A DNA stretch of 64,000 nt from Octopus sinensis (GCF_006345805.1 NC_042999.1:162874001-162938000); one strand, 5' to 3'; positions 26,152 through 38,214 are shown, counted from the first letter of the stretch. Notes: a model not told the origin generated them from the letters alone. Translations and numbers: made by a program.

Positions 26152-26783
26152 TTAACATCCATTGTCCATACTGGCATGGGTTGGACAGTTTGACTGGGCT
26201 AGCACACTGGAAGGCTGCACCAGACTCCAGTCTGATTTGACATGGTTTTCTATGGCTGGATGCCCTTCGTAATGCCAACCACTCTGAGAGTGTTTTGGGT
26301 GCTGTTACATTCCACTGGCATGGGTGCCATTTGTGTGACACCAGGGTGTGTTTACATACCACCGACATGGATACCAATTTGCATGACACAGCTATCTGCC
26401 ATGACTGTGATTTTGCTTGACTTGATGGGGTTTCTTCCCAAGGTTAACATAATGCCAAAGGTCTTGGTCATTGCCTCTGTGAGACCCAACGCTCAAAAGG
26501 AACTCAGCCACTTTGCCTCTGTCAGGGCCAATATTCAAAAGATGCACTTGGCTTGACGAGTCCTCTCAAGCACAGCACATCAGTCTCAGTCACCAGTCAT
26601 TGCTTCTGTGAGGCTCAAAGTTCAAAGATCACACTTCACCACATCATCCCATGTCTTCCTGGGTCTACCTCTACCACAGGTTTCCTCCACAGTTAGAGAT
26701 CGGCACTTCTTTACACAGCTGTCCTCATCCATATGCATCACATGACCAGCACAATTATCTCTCTTGCACACCACATCTGATTG
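26152..26783 (-). mobile_element. 3' fragment of an RTE-type LINE
   Basis: Minus-strand translation CAGHVMHMDEDSCVKKCRSLTVEETCGRGRPRKTWDDVVKCDL matches the typical RTE ORF C-terminus (GHV.RM...GRGRP..TW), followed by a 3' UTR and (GAT)n tail. Confidence 0.8.
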
Positions 26784-26810
26784 TATAATAATAATAATAA
26801 TAATAATAAT

Positions 26811-27780
26811 GGAGTGCATCAACAGTGAAAGAAGAAACAAGGCAGAATATTTGGTAGACAACAAACAAGACCTGCTACAGTATGCTGCTAATGCAGAAGG
26901 ATTTACCAAAAATGGACTTGAGAATGCTATTGAATTCCGATCACAAATAGCCAATAAGAGAGAAAAAACTCCACTTCACATGGAATTACATGATCAATTC
27001 CACCATGAAACTAACAACTTAAAAGGCCAGGAAGCATCATGGAGGTGGCTCAGCAAGGGTGACCTAAAAAAGAAGTCTGAAGACCTAATCGTTGCTGCCT
27101 AGGATCAGGCACTGAATACCAACTCAGTGAAAAGAGATATATACCACACAAGTGCAACAAACCTCTGCAGAATGTGTGGGAAGAGGGTCAAAAGTGTGAT
27201 TCATATTGTTAGTGCTTGTGAAAGTCTTGTGCAGAAAGAGTACAAGTGTAGACACGACAAGGTAGCCCAAAACCTTCACAGAAGATGGATACAAGTTAAT
27301 GGGTGCTTGGTACCAACATACACCAGAAAAGGTCATGGACAAAAAGGGGGAGGCAAAAATCCTCCGGAACTTTGACTTCCAAACAGACAAGGTGTTAGAG
27401 CACCGAAGGCCAGATATAGTAACCCTTAAGAAGGACAAACAACAGTGCCTAATAGTTGATGTAGTATAGTAGTGCCAGGAGATCAACATATTATCATGAA
27501 AGAAAGAGAAAAGATTGATAAATATGGAGACCTGAGAATTGTGATCACCAAGATGTTGTCATCAGATCAATTCCACCCAACCTGAAGAAACACCTGGAAA
27601 CTTTAAAAATACCCTACAATCTAGGTATATTGCAAAAATCAGCATTACTTAGAACAGCACACATATTGTGTAAAGTACTGTCTGAGGTCCTTGTTGTGAC
27701 GTGACAGAGAGTACAAATCCCGGGTAGACATAATATCTTCAATCAACAACATCACAATAATGGGTACTATGTGGCATCTT
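26811..27780 (+). mobile_element. 5'-truncated, decayed R4/Dong-clade non-LTR retrotransposon (restriction-like endonuclease end)
   Basis: Motifs LIVAA*DQALNTN, CCHC knuckle CRMC...HIVSAC, RHDKVA, FDFQTDKVLEHRRPDIV...CLIVDV, EREKIDKYGDL and LQKSALLRTAHIL. Contains stops and frameshifts. Begins right after (TAA)n at about 26787-26810. Confidence 0.85.
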
Positions 27781-27784
27781 AGAT

Positions 27785-28930
27785 AATAATAATGATTTCT
27801 TTATTAACCACAAAGGGTTTACATTAAGAAAAACATTGTGGACAGCACAGGACAAACAGAACGTGGGATTACATAAAAGTCATGTAAACAAGGAAAAACA
27901 ATAAAATATAACAACAAAATTCTCCAAAAGAGGGAGACCTCTTAGGACTGCTCGAGGAAACCCCACAAATTCATGACAGTCCTGACACCAGGGTAAGTAC
28001 CCTCTTCACAAAAGGTGCATGCTTAGAGTAGACCCATTCAGCCGAGCCATCCACACTACATTCCCCCACCTTTTAACAAAATTGCTGGACGGCAGCACTT
28101 CCCTCTCCACTTTCATTTTCCTTTTCATCTAGTCCACCACACAACCTCTTTCCCTAAGGCTACCAGGCAAAGAAAAACAGCCTACCCTTCCCAGCCAAAA
28201 AAGGACAGTGGGATCTTCATAATGGACTCAGCCAATAGCTAGATCCATCCAACATATGATAGCAGGTGTTCAACATAAACCCACAAGTCAGAAATATTCA
28301 GGCACTGGACAAGAGCATGCAGAACAGTTTCCTCACTCTGCATGTACCTCAGGCAAGCCCAGCTGATGGCACTTCCATACCTGTTGAGTTTATCCCAAAC
28401 TGGCAATGCCCCACCAGCTGTACTGTCAGGCCAGGGATTTCTGGAAGTTATCCATGGGTATCGGCTCAAAAGTCCTCCAGAACAAACCAGCCAACTCATT
28501 CTTGTCGACACCCACAGTCACCCCAAGAATGTTGTTACACTTGCCTGCCACTAACCCTCTATAGAATGCTTGAGTGGAACTTCCACTGACTGACAAAGGA
28601 CTGTGATCACCTGACAACACTCTGGATGCCAGGCACTCTGTCTTGGTCTACACTTGATCCAGACAAAGAGACAAGATGTGGGAAATCATGTCTGACAAAT
28701 GGCAACCACACTTGCTCACCATCTAGGAAGCACTGGAGGTGTCTCAGCTTCAGCAGATGTCTGTGCATCAGCAGACACAGCATGCCCAACCCTCCGTTCA
28801 GTGGGTATTGACAGCAAATGGAGTTCCTGACAAGTGGAACACACCTTCTCCACAGTGGCAATCTGGCAGAGACGTTAGCACGCTGGATAAACCACTTAGT
28901 GGTATTTTCTCTGTCTTTATGTTCTGATTT
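27785..28930 (-). mobile_element. 3' fragment of a Tx1/L1-like LINE (zf-RVT region), decayed
   Basis: Minus-strand PLNGGLGM and LPVWDKLNRYGSAISWACLRY...EETVLHALVQC resemble the L1/Tx1 ORF2 C-terminal zinc-binding region. (ATT)n-type tail near 27785. Confidence 0.7.
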
Positions 28931-29055
28931 CAAATTTTGCTGGGATCAACTTTGCATTTCATCCTTTTGGGGTTGATGAATTAAGTACCACTTGTGTACT
29001 GGGGTCAATCTAATCGACTGGCCCCCTCCCCAAAATTTTGGGCCTTGTGCCTAGA
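28930..29055 (+). mobile_element. Fragment of tRNA-SINE family B
   Basis: ttcaaattttgctgggatcaactttgcatttcatccttttggggttgat...gtactggggtcaatctaatcgact matches the full copy at 61222. Confidence 0.7.
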
Positions 29056-29578
29056 GCAGAAAAGAAAGCGGAGAAGCACATGCTCCAGTTTCAGATGGAC
29101 CAGTCTACTTATATCACAATTGCATCCCTTGTTAACCTGTGATAATGCAGTATGGTTGTTTTCTGGAACCCCTTTCATATTGTAGTTCTTTGTGGTCTTA
29201 CTTGTACCAGGCACCAAGTTGATTTTTACATTTGATCCATTCCTATATCATTGCTAAATTGATTTACCTGGTCATTCTTAACATATAGTTTCATGTCATC
29301 CATAAAAAGGATGAAACGCAAAAACCAACTTTTGTGAAATTTGAATTCAGATTGTAAAGACTCAAAAGAAATGCCACTGAGCATTTTGTCCAACTCATTA
29401 ACAATTTTTTATAGTTTGCTGCCTTAATGATATCAATAATGATTTCAAATAAGAAAATAGAATATGACTTGAAGGTAATTTGGCTGTTATCTCTAGTAGG
29501 TCATTCTCTTGTTGGCCCTGGGGTTTTACTTCATAGTTTTCATTCCTCTCTAGTCTTGGAGCCACTAAAAAATCCATT

Positions 29579-29976
29579 TTAGTATTGCCCGGCGTTGTTC
29601 GGGTTTGTAAGGGAAATAACTATATAAGCATTTTTAGAGAGTTATAGCCCAAAAATAGCAAAAAAAATGCATTAAAAATGGAAAAAAAATTATGGTAATT
29701 TTTTTTTAAAATCGTTGACTCATCGTAGACAATTTTAGAAAGTTACTTCCCTTATATAATAGCGAAAAAATGCATTAAAATGGAAAAAATGATGGTAAAT
29801 TTTTTTTTAAATCGTAGACTCATCGTAGACGCGCGCTAATACCCAGAAGGGCTCGATATGAATCACGACTATAAGATACCCGGTTTTGGTTAAACTACAC
29901 CGCAAAATGTGGGAGTAGTTAGGAATCTAAATCGTAGGAGACAGACAGCACACAACCTCTCTTTTATATATAAAGA
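29579..29976 (-). mobile_element. Non-autonomous Helitron-like element, copy 1 (3' end degenerate)
   Basis: Reverse-complement match to 34594-34991; 5' TC end at 29976. Confidence 0.8.
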
Positions 29977-30129
29977 TTTCTAGTGCTGATGGCTGAAATG
30001 CTCAATGCTTTGTGTTCCTATTTTTGTATGCTGTTGTTGTTTGATCTCAGTTAGCCATGGCTCAATAAGACCTAGAATCATCAAAGGCTTTCTAGACATG
30101 GCTATTCTGTCTTTTTGTATACCTAAAAC

Positions 30130-30349
30130 TATGAGGAGGTGCTGAAAATTTCCTGGCTTTAAAGGTGTTGTGAAAGGCCTGATTGGAGACCCAACCTTCT
30201 GAGTTCTTTTACAGGGCTTAGAAAATTGAAGGACTGCTGCAATAAGTGTGTGAATCTGAGAGGGGAATATGCTGCATAAAATCCTAATTAACTGATCCTC
30301 CGGTATTTTCTCTCACCCAAAGCCAGGAACTTTTCAGCACCCCCTTGTA
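30130..30349. mobile_element. Tc1/mariner-type MITE with TA target site
   Basis: TIRs gaggaggtgctgaaaatttcctggcttt / aaagccaggaacttttcagcacccccttg, flanked by TA. Confidence 0.75.
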
Positions 30350-30609
30350 CACTGGCTAATATGTGATTTGAGGGAATTTGCTGTTATTTCTAAGCATGTT
30401 GAGGGACCACATAGCTGCTCCCTTGTTAATAGGATTTCATTTACTTTTCCCCATTAGAACTGATTGACTCTTTCAGGCCCTTTGAAATGTCTTTGTTATC
30501 CCAATCTTCTTGCTTTAATTTTTTTTCCTATATTTACTGAAGAAAAATATCCTACAAATAAACACGTCTTGTTTAGAAATAATCAGAAACTTTCAACACT
30601 TGCAATTTC

Positions 30610-31350
30610 TCTTCAGGATGGTGAGTAGATGTGCTCACCTTTCATTCACTGTTTTTGCACAGTTCATAACTTTGATGGAGCAGCAGTCTTAGACAAAGAC
30701 TGGATACTTGGCACCTGGAATGTTGTGAAGCACTTATAGCTCTCTTTCAATCAAGCATATAACCCATGGGACTTATTCTATAGAGGACTAATGATAAGAA
30801 ACTATAACACTGCTCTCAGAGAAACACTGGGCAACAACAAGAATCAAATGGCTGGCCTGTTCTGCAGAAGTTTCAGCTCAGAAGCATGGATAATTTCCAG
30901 AAATCCCTGCCCAAGCAGTGCTATTGGAGTTACTGTTAGTTTGAGATAAACTCAACAGACATAGAAATGCCATCATTGTGTCTATCTGAAATGCACGCAG
31001 AGTTGTGAAAGCATTCCACATGCACTGATTCAGTGTCCAAGCATTATTGACATGTACAGTTTTACCAAAACGATTTTGTATGCAGGACAGATCTATCCAG
31101 CTCTTGACCAAGTACATATTGAAGTTTGCAACACTGTTCTTCTTTACCTGAAAAGGGCTGGAAGTTTTCCTCTGTCAAGTAAGCTATAGCAAAAAAAAAA
31201 AGGTTGTATGTTGGATGCAAGTGATTGGACTGAGGACAGATATTTACCTCTCAACCAAGCCCTCATCAACTTTTTCAGCTTCCTCTTGAGGAGGAAAATC
31301 AGAGTGGAGAGAGAGGTGCTGCTCTCCAGTAAATTTGTTGACATGTAGAT
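30610..31350 (+). mobile_element. Second decayed Tx1/L1-like LINE fragment, inverted relative to 27785-28930
   Basis: Shares catggataa(t/c)ttccagaaatccctg and ttt(g)(a/g)gataaactcaacag with the reverse complement of 28200-28500. Boundaries are approximate. Confidence 0.65.
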
Positions 31351-31694
31351 GAAAGTAACAAGAATGGTTTGAATGAATGGGCCTACTCTTAGAATGAATC
31401 TATAGATTGCAAAATAACAGTTTGGAGAGGGCGCTTACCTTTGGTCATCAAAGTAATTCTAGATTTTTGTAGTTCCTTAATTGGTTTTAAACAATAGTCA
31501 TCTCTCTGGAGCCTTTTTTGTAAATTGTCCCAGTAAGTTGCAGATTTGATACTTTGTAATTATTGTTGATCATGCAGACCTATTATTAAAGTAATTCCAA
31601 GCGTAACTATCCTATTGTTTCTCTTCAGACAAAGCTTTTCCATGACTATATTATTTTAGATGTCCTTCCTTTTTTTAAGATTGTAGAGGGATAT

Positions 31695-32114
31695 TTACTC
31701 TTTTACTCTTTTACTTGTTTCAGTCATTTGACTGTGGCCATGCTGGAGCACTGTCTTTAGTCGAGCAAATCGACACCGGGACTTATTCTTTGTAAGCCCA
31801 GTACTTATTCTATCGGTCTCTTTTGCCAAACCGCTAAGTGACGGGGACGTAAATACACCAGCATCGGTTGTCAAGCAATGCTAGGGGGACAAACACAGAC
31901 ACACAAACACATACACACACATACATATATATATATATACATATATATGACAGGCTTCTTTCAGTTTCCGTCTACCAAATCAACTCACAAGGCATTGGTC
32001 GGCCCGGGGCTATAGCAGAAGACACTTGCCGAAGATGCCATGCAGTGGGACTAAACCCAGAACCATGTGGTTGGTTAGCAAGCTACTTACCACACAGCCA
32101 CTCCTGTGCCTATA
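31695..32114 (-). mobile_element. tRNA-derived SINE family A (octopus type)
   Basis: Head ggcgcaggagtggctgtgtgg...ggttcagtccc (A/B-box-like) at the right end, internal (TA/CA)n, and an (aagagta)n tail at the left end. Confidence 0.9.
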
Positions 32115-33571
32115 TTTGGTTGCTATTGTAATCTTTGATCATGTCCTTTCAAATTATTGCCTTTAATTTTGCTTTTAATCCTTATAGTGTTGATAAAATA
32201 AATATACTAGGGTGATTATGATTTCAAAGTTTATCAGTTAATAAAAGGAAAAAATTGGTAGCTAGAATAAATGTCAGTCAACCTGCATTTAGATTCTACA
32301 TTTGTATTGAGACCATCGTCAGTTTTTAAGGTTTCTTATAAACAGTCAAGCACTGAACTTAGTTTTATTGATAGTACTAGTTCCTTTAGAATGTACAGTT
32401 TTGTGTCTATGTTTCTGTTTTTTTATTAAGATGGCAAACTGGCAGAATCATTAGAGTATCAGAAAAAATGTATTGCAGTATTTGTTCTGGACCTTTACAT
32501 TCTCAGTTCAAATCCTGCTGAGGTCAGCTTTGTCTGTCATCCCTCAGGGTGTCATTAAAACAAAGTGTCAATCAATTGTTATTGACTAAGCCCATAACCT
32601 TGAACTCTTAGCCTTGTACCATTTTTAAGATGGTTAATGGCTAAGGAGAAGAGGGCCACATTAAATACCTTGTGGTATTTAGTTACAACCCTTTGCATTG
32701 AGTTCGAATCCCTTTGAGGTCAACTTTGCATTTACTTCCTCCCAGGATTTCTAAGAATTAGAATCCAGGCTTGTGTTTGTTATTTAATTAATAACAAAAA
32801 GCTGAATACTTTTAAAAAGAAACAATAAAAAAGAAAAGGATACCAATTAATCAGTAGCACTCTTCACTGATTGACTCACTATTAGACTGTGTTCTCCTTT
32901 ACCTCTTCTACAGTAACTACAGTGGCCTCTGCTCTCCTGAACCAGCTGTGTACATATCTGCCTCATAGCTAAAGCCACTTGATGTGTTAATTTCTCCTCC
33001 CCTCAAGACTGATTCTTTATCTTGCACAATTATACCTCACAATAAACATATTTTCCAAAATGTCTTCCCCAACCTCTTTACTGTCCACTTATCTAATATT
33101 TCCTTTCCAAACTGAACTACAATCATGGTAACTTTACCTTGTTAACTCTATCTTCAAATGTAACATGGCCTAAGCAATAAAGAATAACTAGTGTAGAGCC
33201 AGCAGATAAGATGAAGTGCTTGCCAGAAAAAGTGCTGGAGTGAAAAAAAGCAAGGAAAATCCTTTTGAAGTTCTCTGATGCTTAACATTAAAACTTAAGG
33301 ATTAAATGTCGTTTTTGGATTTGGTTTGCAAGATTCTTTATGTGAGTTTGTATGTTGAAGCATATTCTGTTGTGTCTGGGGTGAGTCATTCTCTTTTAGT
33401 GCCTTAAGGTTGCAAGACGCTACAAAAATTTTAGAAAAATAAAAAAGAAATAAGTGGAAATTTTTCCAGTACATGTGTTAAATTATAAGGCACCAAAAGA
33501 GAATGACTCTCCCAGACACAACAGATTAAGGATTAATCGGTGAGCTGGTAGATACAACAGATTAAGGATTA

Positions 33572-33800
33572 AGGCAGCGAACTGGCAGAACCGTTAGCAC
33601 GCTGGGCGAAATGCGTAGCCGTATTTCGTCTGCCGTTACATTCTGAGTTCAAATTCCACTGAGGTCGACTTTGCCTTTCATCCTTTTGGGGTTGATAAAT
33701 TAAGTACCAGTTACTCACTGGGTCGATGTAATCAACTTAATCCGTTTGTCTGTCTTTGTTTGTTCCCTCTATGTTTGGCCCCTTGTGGGTAGTAAAGAAA
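33572..33800 (+). mobile_element. tRNA-derived SINE family B with target-site duplication
   Basis: ggcagcgaactggcagaa...gttcaaattcc head, flanked by aacagattaaggat on both sides. Confidence 0.9.
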
Positions 33801-34593
33801 CAGATTAAGGATCAAAATTTTAGTTGAATTGGTTGTGAGGTTGAAGTTATTTAGCTCAAGGTTAACTTTGATTGAGATGACCTACAATGAAAGGTATTCC
33901 AGCAGTGACTATCCCATCTTGTTTACAGGCATTGTGTACCTTGGATGATATTGTCTAACATGTTCCTACTTGAGATAAGTCATGATTTAAGGAAATTTGC
34001 AACTATCCATAGTAGGTAAAGTGACTGAGTAGAAGTTGAAAAGTCAGAAAGAAAATTCAATATTTTTACTTCAGAATGTTAGATGTGATAATGCTAAAGA
34101 AGGATGTTCAATGATGTAGACAATGGTTCTCTGTTGACTGAGTATGGATGTAAGCATATAATAACAGAAAACAAACGATGGCAACATGTTGGTCCAACCT
34201 TGAAGTTTTAATTAGAAACAATGTGAGTGGATTCGCATTGAATTTTGTTATTTTTTTTTTTTTTAGTGTGATTTGGCAATAAATTGCTTTCAGTTTGGGC
34301 CTTTATTACGTCAACAGGATTATGCTATGGATTCCAACAGAAGGTTTTAAAATGATTTATTGAGTTCAGGTGGAACAAGTCGAAGCTTCTTTGAACAGTT
34401 TGTGTCTTCTTTGACACCCAAAGTTATGAAACTTTTCTTTAGCATTTTATTGACATATATTTAAGGAGGTGGCATGTCCCGTCAGTAGGTTTGAAACTTA
34501 TTTTAATAGGCTGTTGCAAACTATCTGCTGAAAAAACAGTGAATGGATGTGATTTCAAGTTATAACTTTTAGTTTTTGTTCTAAATACAATTA

Positions 34594-34991
34594 TCTTTAT
34601 ATATAAAAGTGAGGTTGTGTGCTGTCTGTCTCCTACGATTTAAATTCCTAACTACTCCCACATTTTGCGGTGCAGTTTAACCAAAACCGGGTATCTTATA
34701 GTCGTGATTCATATCGAGCCCTTCTGGGTATTAGCACGCGTCTACGATGAGTCTACGATTTAAAAAAAAAATTACCATCAATTTTTCCCATTTTTAATGC
34801 ATTTTTGGCATATATAAGGGAAGTAACTCTCTAAAAATTTATTATTAAATCTCAGAACGTAAAAAGCTACAGTAACACCCCCCCCCTTTGTGGTTAGCCA
34901 TATTGAGATGGCTATTATACTTTACATCTCTAAAAATGCTTATATAGTTATTTCCCTTACAAACCCGAGCAACGCCGGGCGATACTGCTAG
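34594..34991 (+). mobile_element. Non-autonomous Helitron-like element, copy 2 (intact termini)
   Basis: A|TCTTTATATATAAAAG ... cccgagcaacgccggg hairpin ... CTAG|T, i.e. canonical TC/CTAG ends, subterminal hairpin and A-T insertion site. Confidence 0.9.
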
Positions 34992-35631
34992 TAATAGATA
35001 AAAGTTAATTATTTCACTAAGTTCCTCCAAATATTCTTCAGAATTAATTGGAACTCATAGACAGTGTATTTCATTACAAATGTGGTCATGAAAGGGTTAA
35101 GGAGAATGTTTTCTCTTCATAGGTTCAATAAAGCCAGTTGCAGTCCAAATAAAGTATAAAGTAGGCACGCCAAGAACATTGCCAAGTGGTCTAAAGTTTT
35201 TGCCTTTTTCAGCCAACATTCATATATGTTGGCTGAAGGAATCTAGGTTTAAATCTGGTTTTAAATTAGAGCAAGTTATTTCAACTGATAGTCTATTGAT
35301 ATTTCAGGTTAAAGATGTGAGATAATTTTTCAAACATTCTTAAGCAAGTTAATGATATATAGAAGGAACTACCAATTTAAGACAGGTCTTTCAGCTATAA
35401 TAGCTGTATATGTTTGAGATGTAATAATGGTTGATTCTACATAAGCAGCTAATTCCTTTAGGAAAGATAAACACAATACACAATAACTTTATTTTCTGTC
35501 AAATCAAAAGAATCTATTATATGAAAAATCCGATAGTGTTAAATAAAAACCTAATATAGTTAGTTTTGTCTTTCAACATTCGGACTTTGATTCCCAGCAG
35601 CAAACTTTACATGTTATTATTCCAGGGTCAA

Positions 35632-36009
35632 TTACTCTTTTACTCTTTTACTTGTTTCAGTCATTTGACGGCAGCCATGCTGGAGCACCGCCTTTAATCA
35701 AGCAACTCGACCCCAGTACTTATTCTATCGGTCTCTTTTTGCCGAACCGCTAAGTGACGGGGACGTAAACACACCAGCATCGGTTGTCAAGCAATGCTAA
35801 GGGGACAAACACAGGCACACACACACATACATACATATATATACGACAGGCTTCTTTCAGTTTCCGTCTACCAAATCCACTCACAAGGCATTGGTCGGCC
35901 CGGGACTATAGCAGAAGACACTTGCCCAAGATGCCACGCAGTGGGACTGAACCCGGAACCAATTGGTTGGTTAGCAAGCTACTTACCACACAGCCACTCC
36001 TGCTCCTAT
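35632..36009 (-). mobile_element. tRNA-SINE family A
   Basis: High identity to 31695-32114 and 41398-41775. Confidence 0.9.
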
Positions 36010-36416
36010 TAACCCTAACCCTAATTCAACTAACATTTTTGCATATCATGCCACGGTGATTGTGTTTCCTATTTTCTAATTAATTAAAAGAGTGTCTTGG
36101 CTTACTACATTGTTATCCCAACTTAACTATATGATCTTCAAACCTAAGAAATTTTCCCACGTTATCCATTAAAATCTTATATACTCCTGCAATCATTCTA
36201 AGGTCCGGAAGATATAAGAGAATGCTCTGCTAGTCTGGAGTTGTCACAGTACTTACCAAAGATAAAACTCACTTTCTGTTGCATGCCCCCAACCCACTTA
36301 TTCAATTCTTAATCAATTTGAATTTCAGAGTTGTTTTCCTGATGATGAACACAAATCATTATTAACGCTAATGAATTTTCTTTTCATTGCCGATGTAATT
36401 CTGATCAAAAGAAATG

Positions 36417-36807
36417 GGATCTTTTCGGTTTGGACGGCAGTTTTTTCTAGCGGTGTCATATGAAATTGTCACCCATAATTATGACCCTGGTATCGATCTA
36501 TTACATTTCAATCTGTTTTAGGAGTGGGGGGAAGGGTATCTTTTTTTCTTCACAAATGTAAATAAACCCAATCTGTTTCTTAAACGAGGGACATATTCAT
36601 ACGACACAGAATGTTTTTTTACCTCAATAGACGTCACTGATTGGTTGAAATTGCAGAAAAAAAAATATCTTACAAACTATAGAATTTTCTCAATAAAGCC
36701 AAGAGAAAAAGATGTTTTATAAACACATTCTACCAGTATACGAAGTTTAACATTTTTTAGTTACCTAGAAACTATGTTAAAAACTGCCGTTCAAACCGAA
36801 AAGATCC
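36417..36807. mobile_element. Merlin-like MITE, copy 2, with 8-bp TSD AAGAAATG
   Basis: TIRs GGATCTTTTCGG.../...CCGAAAAGATCC, with aagaaatg at 36409-36416 and 36808-36815. Confidence 0.9.
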
Positions 36808-37225
36808 AAGAAATGTTTTGACTCACTACGTTTTAGCCTTAATATAGTCTTCATATTTTCCGGCCCAAGGAAAACATCAGAATCAAGTGAATTAACCATC
36901 CTTTCCCAATATTTACAAAAAAGAGACCGATTACCGTATAATTAAATATTTGCAAAATTTATTCAATTTAAACACAAGCACTCTATATATATATTTATCG
37001 TGATTAAAATATATTGGATGATTCTTGTATCTCTCTCAGGACATAAAATAATGTCAACGAGCCGGGATCGAAATCGGTTTGCGATCTTGACATGTTTCCA
37101 GTTGAGACTTTTCCCTATTTCGCACTCAAACAGTTGCTCGGGAGAAAGAATTTTTAAGTTTACCGCCGAGAGATGAGTTCGAAGCGGGACTGGACAAATC
37201 TGGCAAGTGCACTGGTACTTAGCAT

Positions 37226-37619
37226 GCTGGGAATGTAACCGTATCTAGCAAACGGACCAATGAAAAGGCTCCGGTCGAAGGTGGGGGTTGTCAATAACGG
37301 TGACGATGATGTTGACAATGAGGGGGGGGGGGAGAAGATCTTCGGAGATGGGCTTTTAACGGCTGAGAGTGGCAGTTAATTGGAGAAGGGGAGGTAGAAA
37401 GTAAAACAGAGTTGGTAACGATTATAAAGAGAGGGGGACAAAGAAAGTAAAGAAATTATTGCAGTGTGTGGTTTGAGTAAAGTAGGAGTGGAAAGTGTAA
37501 GAAGAGGTCGGAGAGAAGTAATTGGTTTTGTAGGGAGAAGTGTGAGGAGAGCTTGAGACATCGCAAGGCCTAAGGCCGGGTGTCAACTATTTTTTAAGGG
37601 AGTTTCCAAATTTGAAACT
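37226..37619. promoter_or_regulatory. Putative (bidirectional) CCNF promoter/5' UTR with CCAAT boxes and a CHR-like TTTGAA
   Basis: CpG-richer than its surroundings. CCAAT at 37257-37261, ATTGG at 37379-37383 and 37521-37525, TTTGAA at 37611-37616 just upstream of the candidate ATG. Confidence 0.5.
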
Positions 37620-37626
37620 ATGAAAG
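37620..37626 (+). CDS. CCNF: Cyclin F candidate coding exon 1 (ATG AAA G | gtttgt)
   Basis: A phase-1 donor is required by exon 2, and this gives MKV-IRSLSS. Human CCNF also has a very short phase-1 first coding exon. Not otherwise verifiable. Confidence 0.4.
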
Positions 37627-38214
37627 GTTTGTAAGATACACAGTTTTACTTATATTTTTTTCCATCTAATTTCTGTTACATTTTCAACATTTTGTTTTTC
37701 CCTAAACTTGTTTGTGTTTTTGAATGTTTCTTTTACTTTCACCAATTTAAATAGTTTCGTTGGAAAAAAAAAATCTATCAATTTCCCTTAAGTTTGAACG
37801 AATTGAACACTACTTTGCAATATTTTAAAACATTTATTGCAAAGTAGTGTTAATATAGTCGATTCTAAAATTTTACGCAATTCATTGATGCGACTATTTG
37901 TACAGATACTACGTATATTTAAATTTTATATTTAAAAACAAAATATACTTGATTCTAAAATTAAGATCTAATTTAAAGCAGATACTTGATCCTGTATTAA
38001 GTTAAATGAGTAAGCTTTTATTTATTTGTATCCACATCACTTTATTTGGAGCTATAACGATTTTTTTTTAAAAAAAAGACTAGATGTTTCGTATTAAAAA
38101 AACTTACTGTTTCATTTTGCAGAATACTAATTTCTCACATGACTGTCTTAATTCATTAAAATAAAAATACTCAACAGGAATTTATTCTACGTCTTTAATA
38201 TTAAGAGTAGTTTA

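Larger units (their letters stand above)
24092..37225 (-). other. Candidate spliced minus-strand gene, head-to-head with CCNF (exons tentative, product unknown)
   Basis: Canonical AG/GT-bounded segments at 33169-33138, 30527-30445 and 24171-24092 join in frame: GHVTFEDRVNK|EKKLKQEDWDNKDISKGLKESISSNGEK|KKICNQRKIIIAPETPIKQGGMQETE. Further candidates are 37225-37164, 36338-36273 and 35455-35373, but I could not link them in frame to the lower three. Confidence 0.3.

Noticed and set aside
26030-26389. Poly-Asp protein ORF
   Set aside because: Translation of the (GAT)n tail and 3' UTR of a LINE.
31439-31579. Minus-strand exon with strong gtaagc donor (YWDNLQKRLQRDDYCLKPIKELQK)
   Set aside because: All frames from the best acceptor hit a stop, and the phase does not fit the neighbouring candidates.
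35100-35330. Protein-like frames on both strands, with in-frame TGA on the minus strand (selenoprotein?) and a 12-bp hairpin at about 35208-35238
   Set aside because: Both strands look equally plausible, there is no SECIS evidence or recognisable family, and no consistent splice path.
37000-37093. Minus-strand ORF MSRSQTDFDPGSLTLFYVLREIQESSNIF
   Set aside because: Only 29 codons with no usable donor site.
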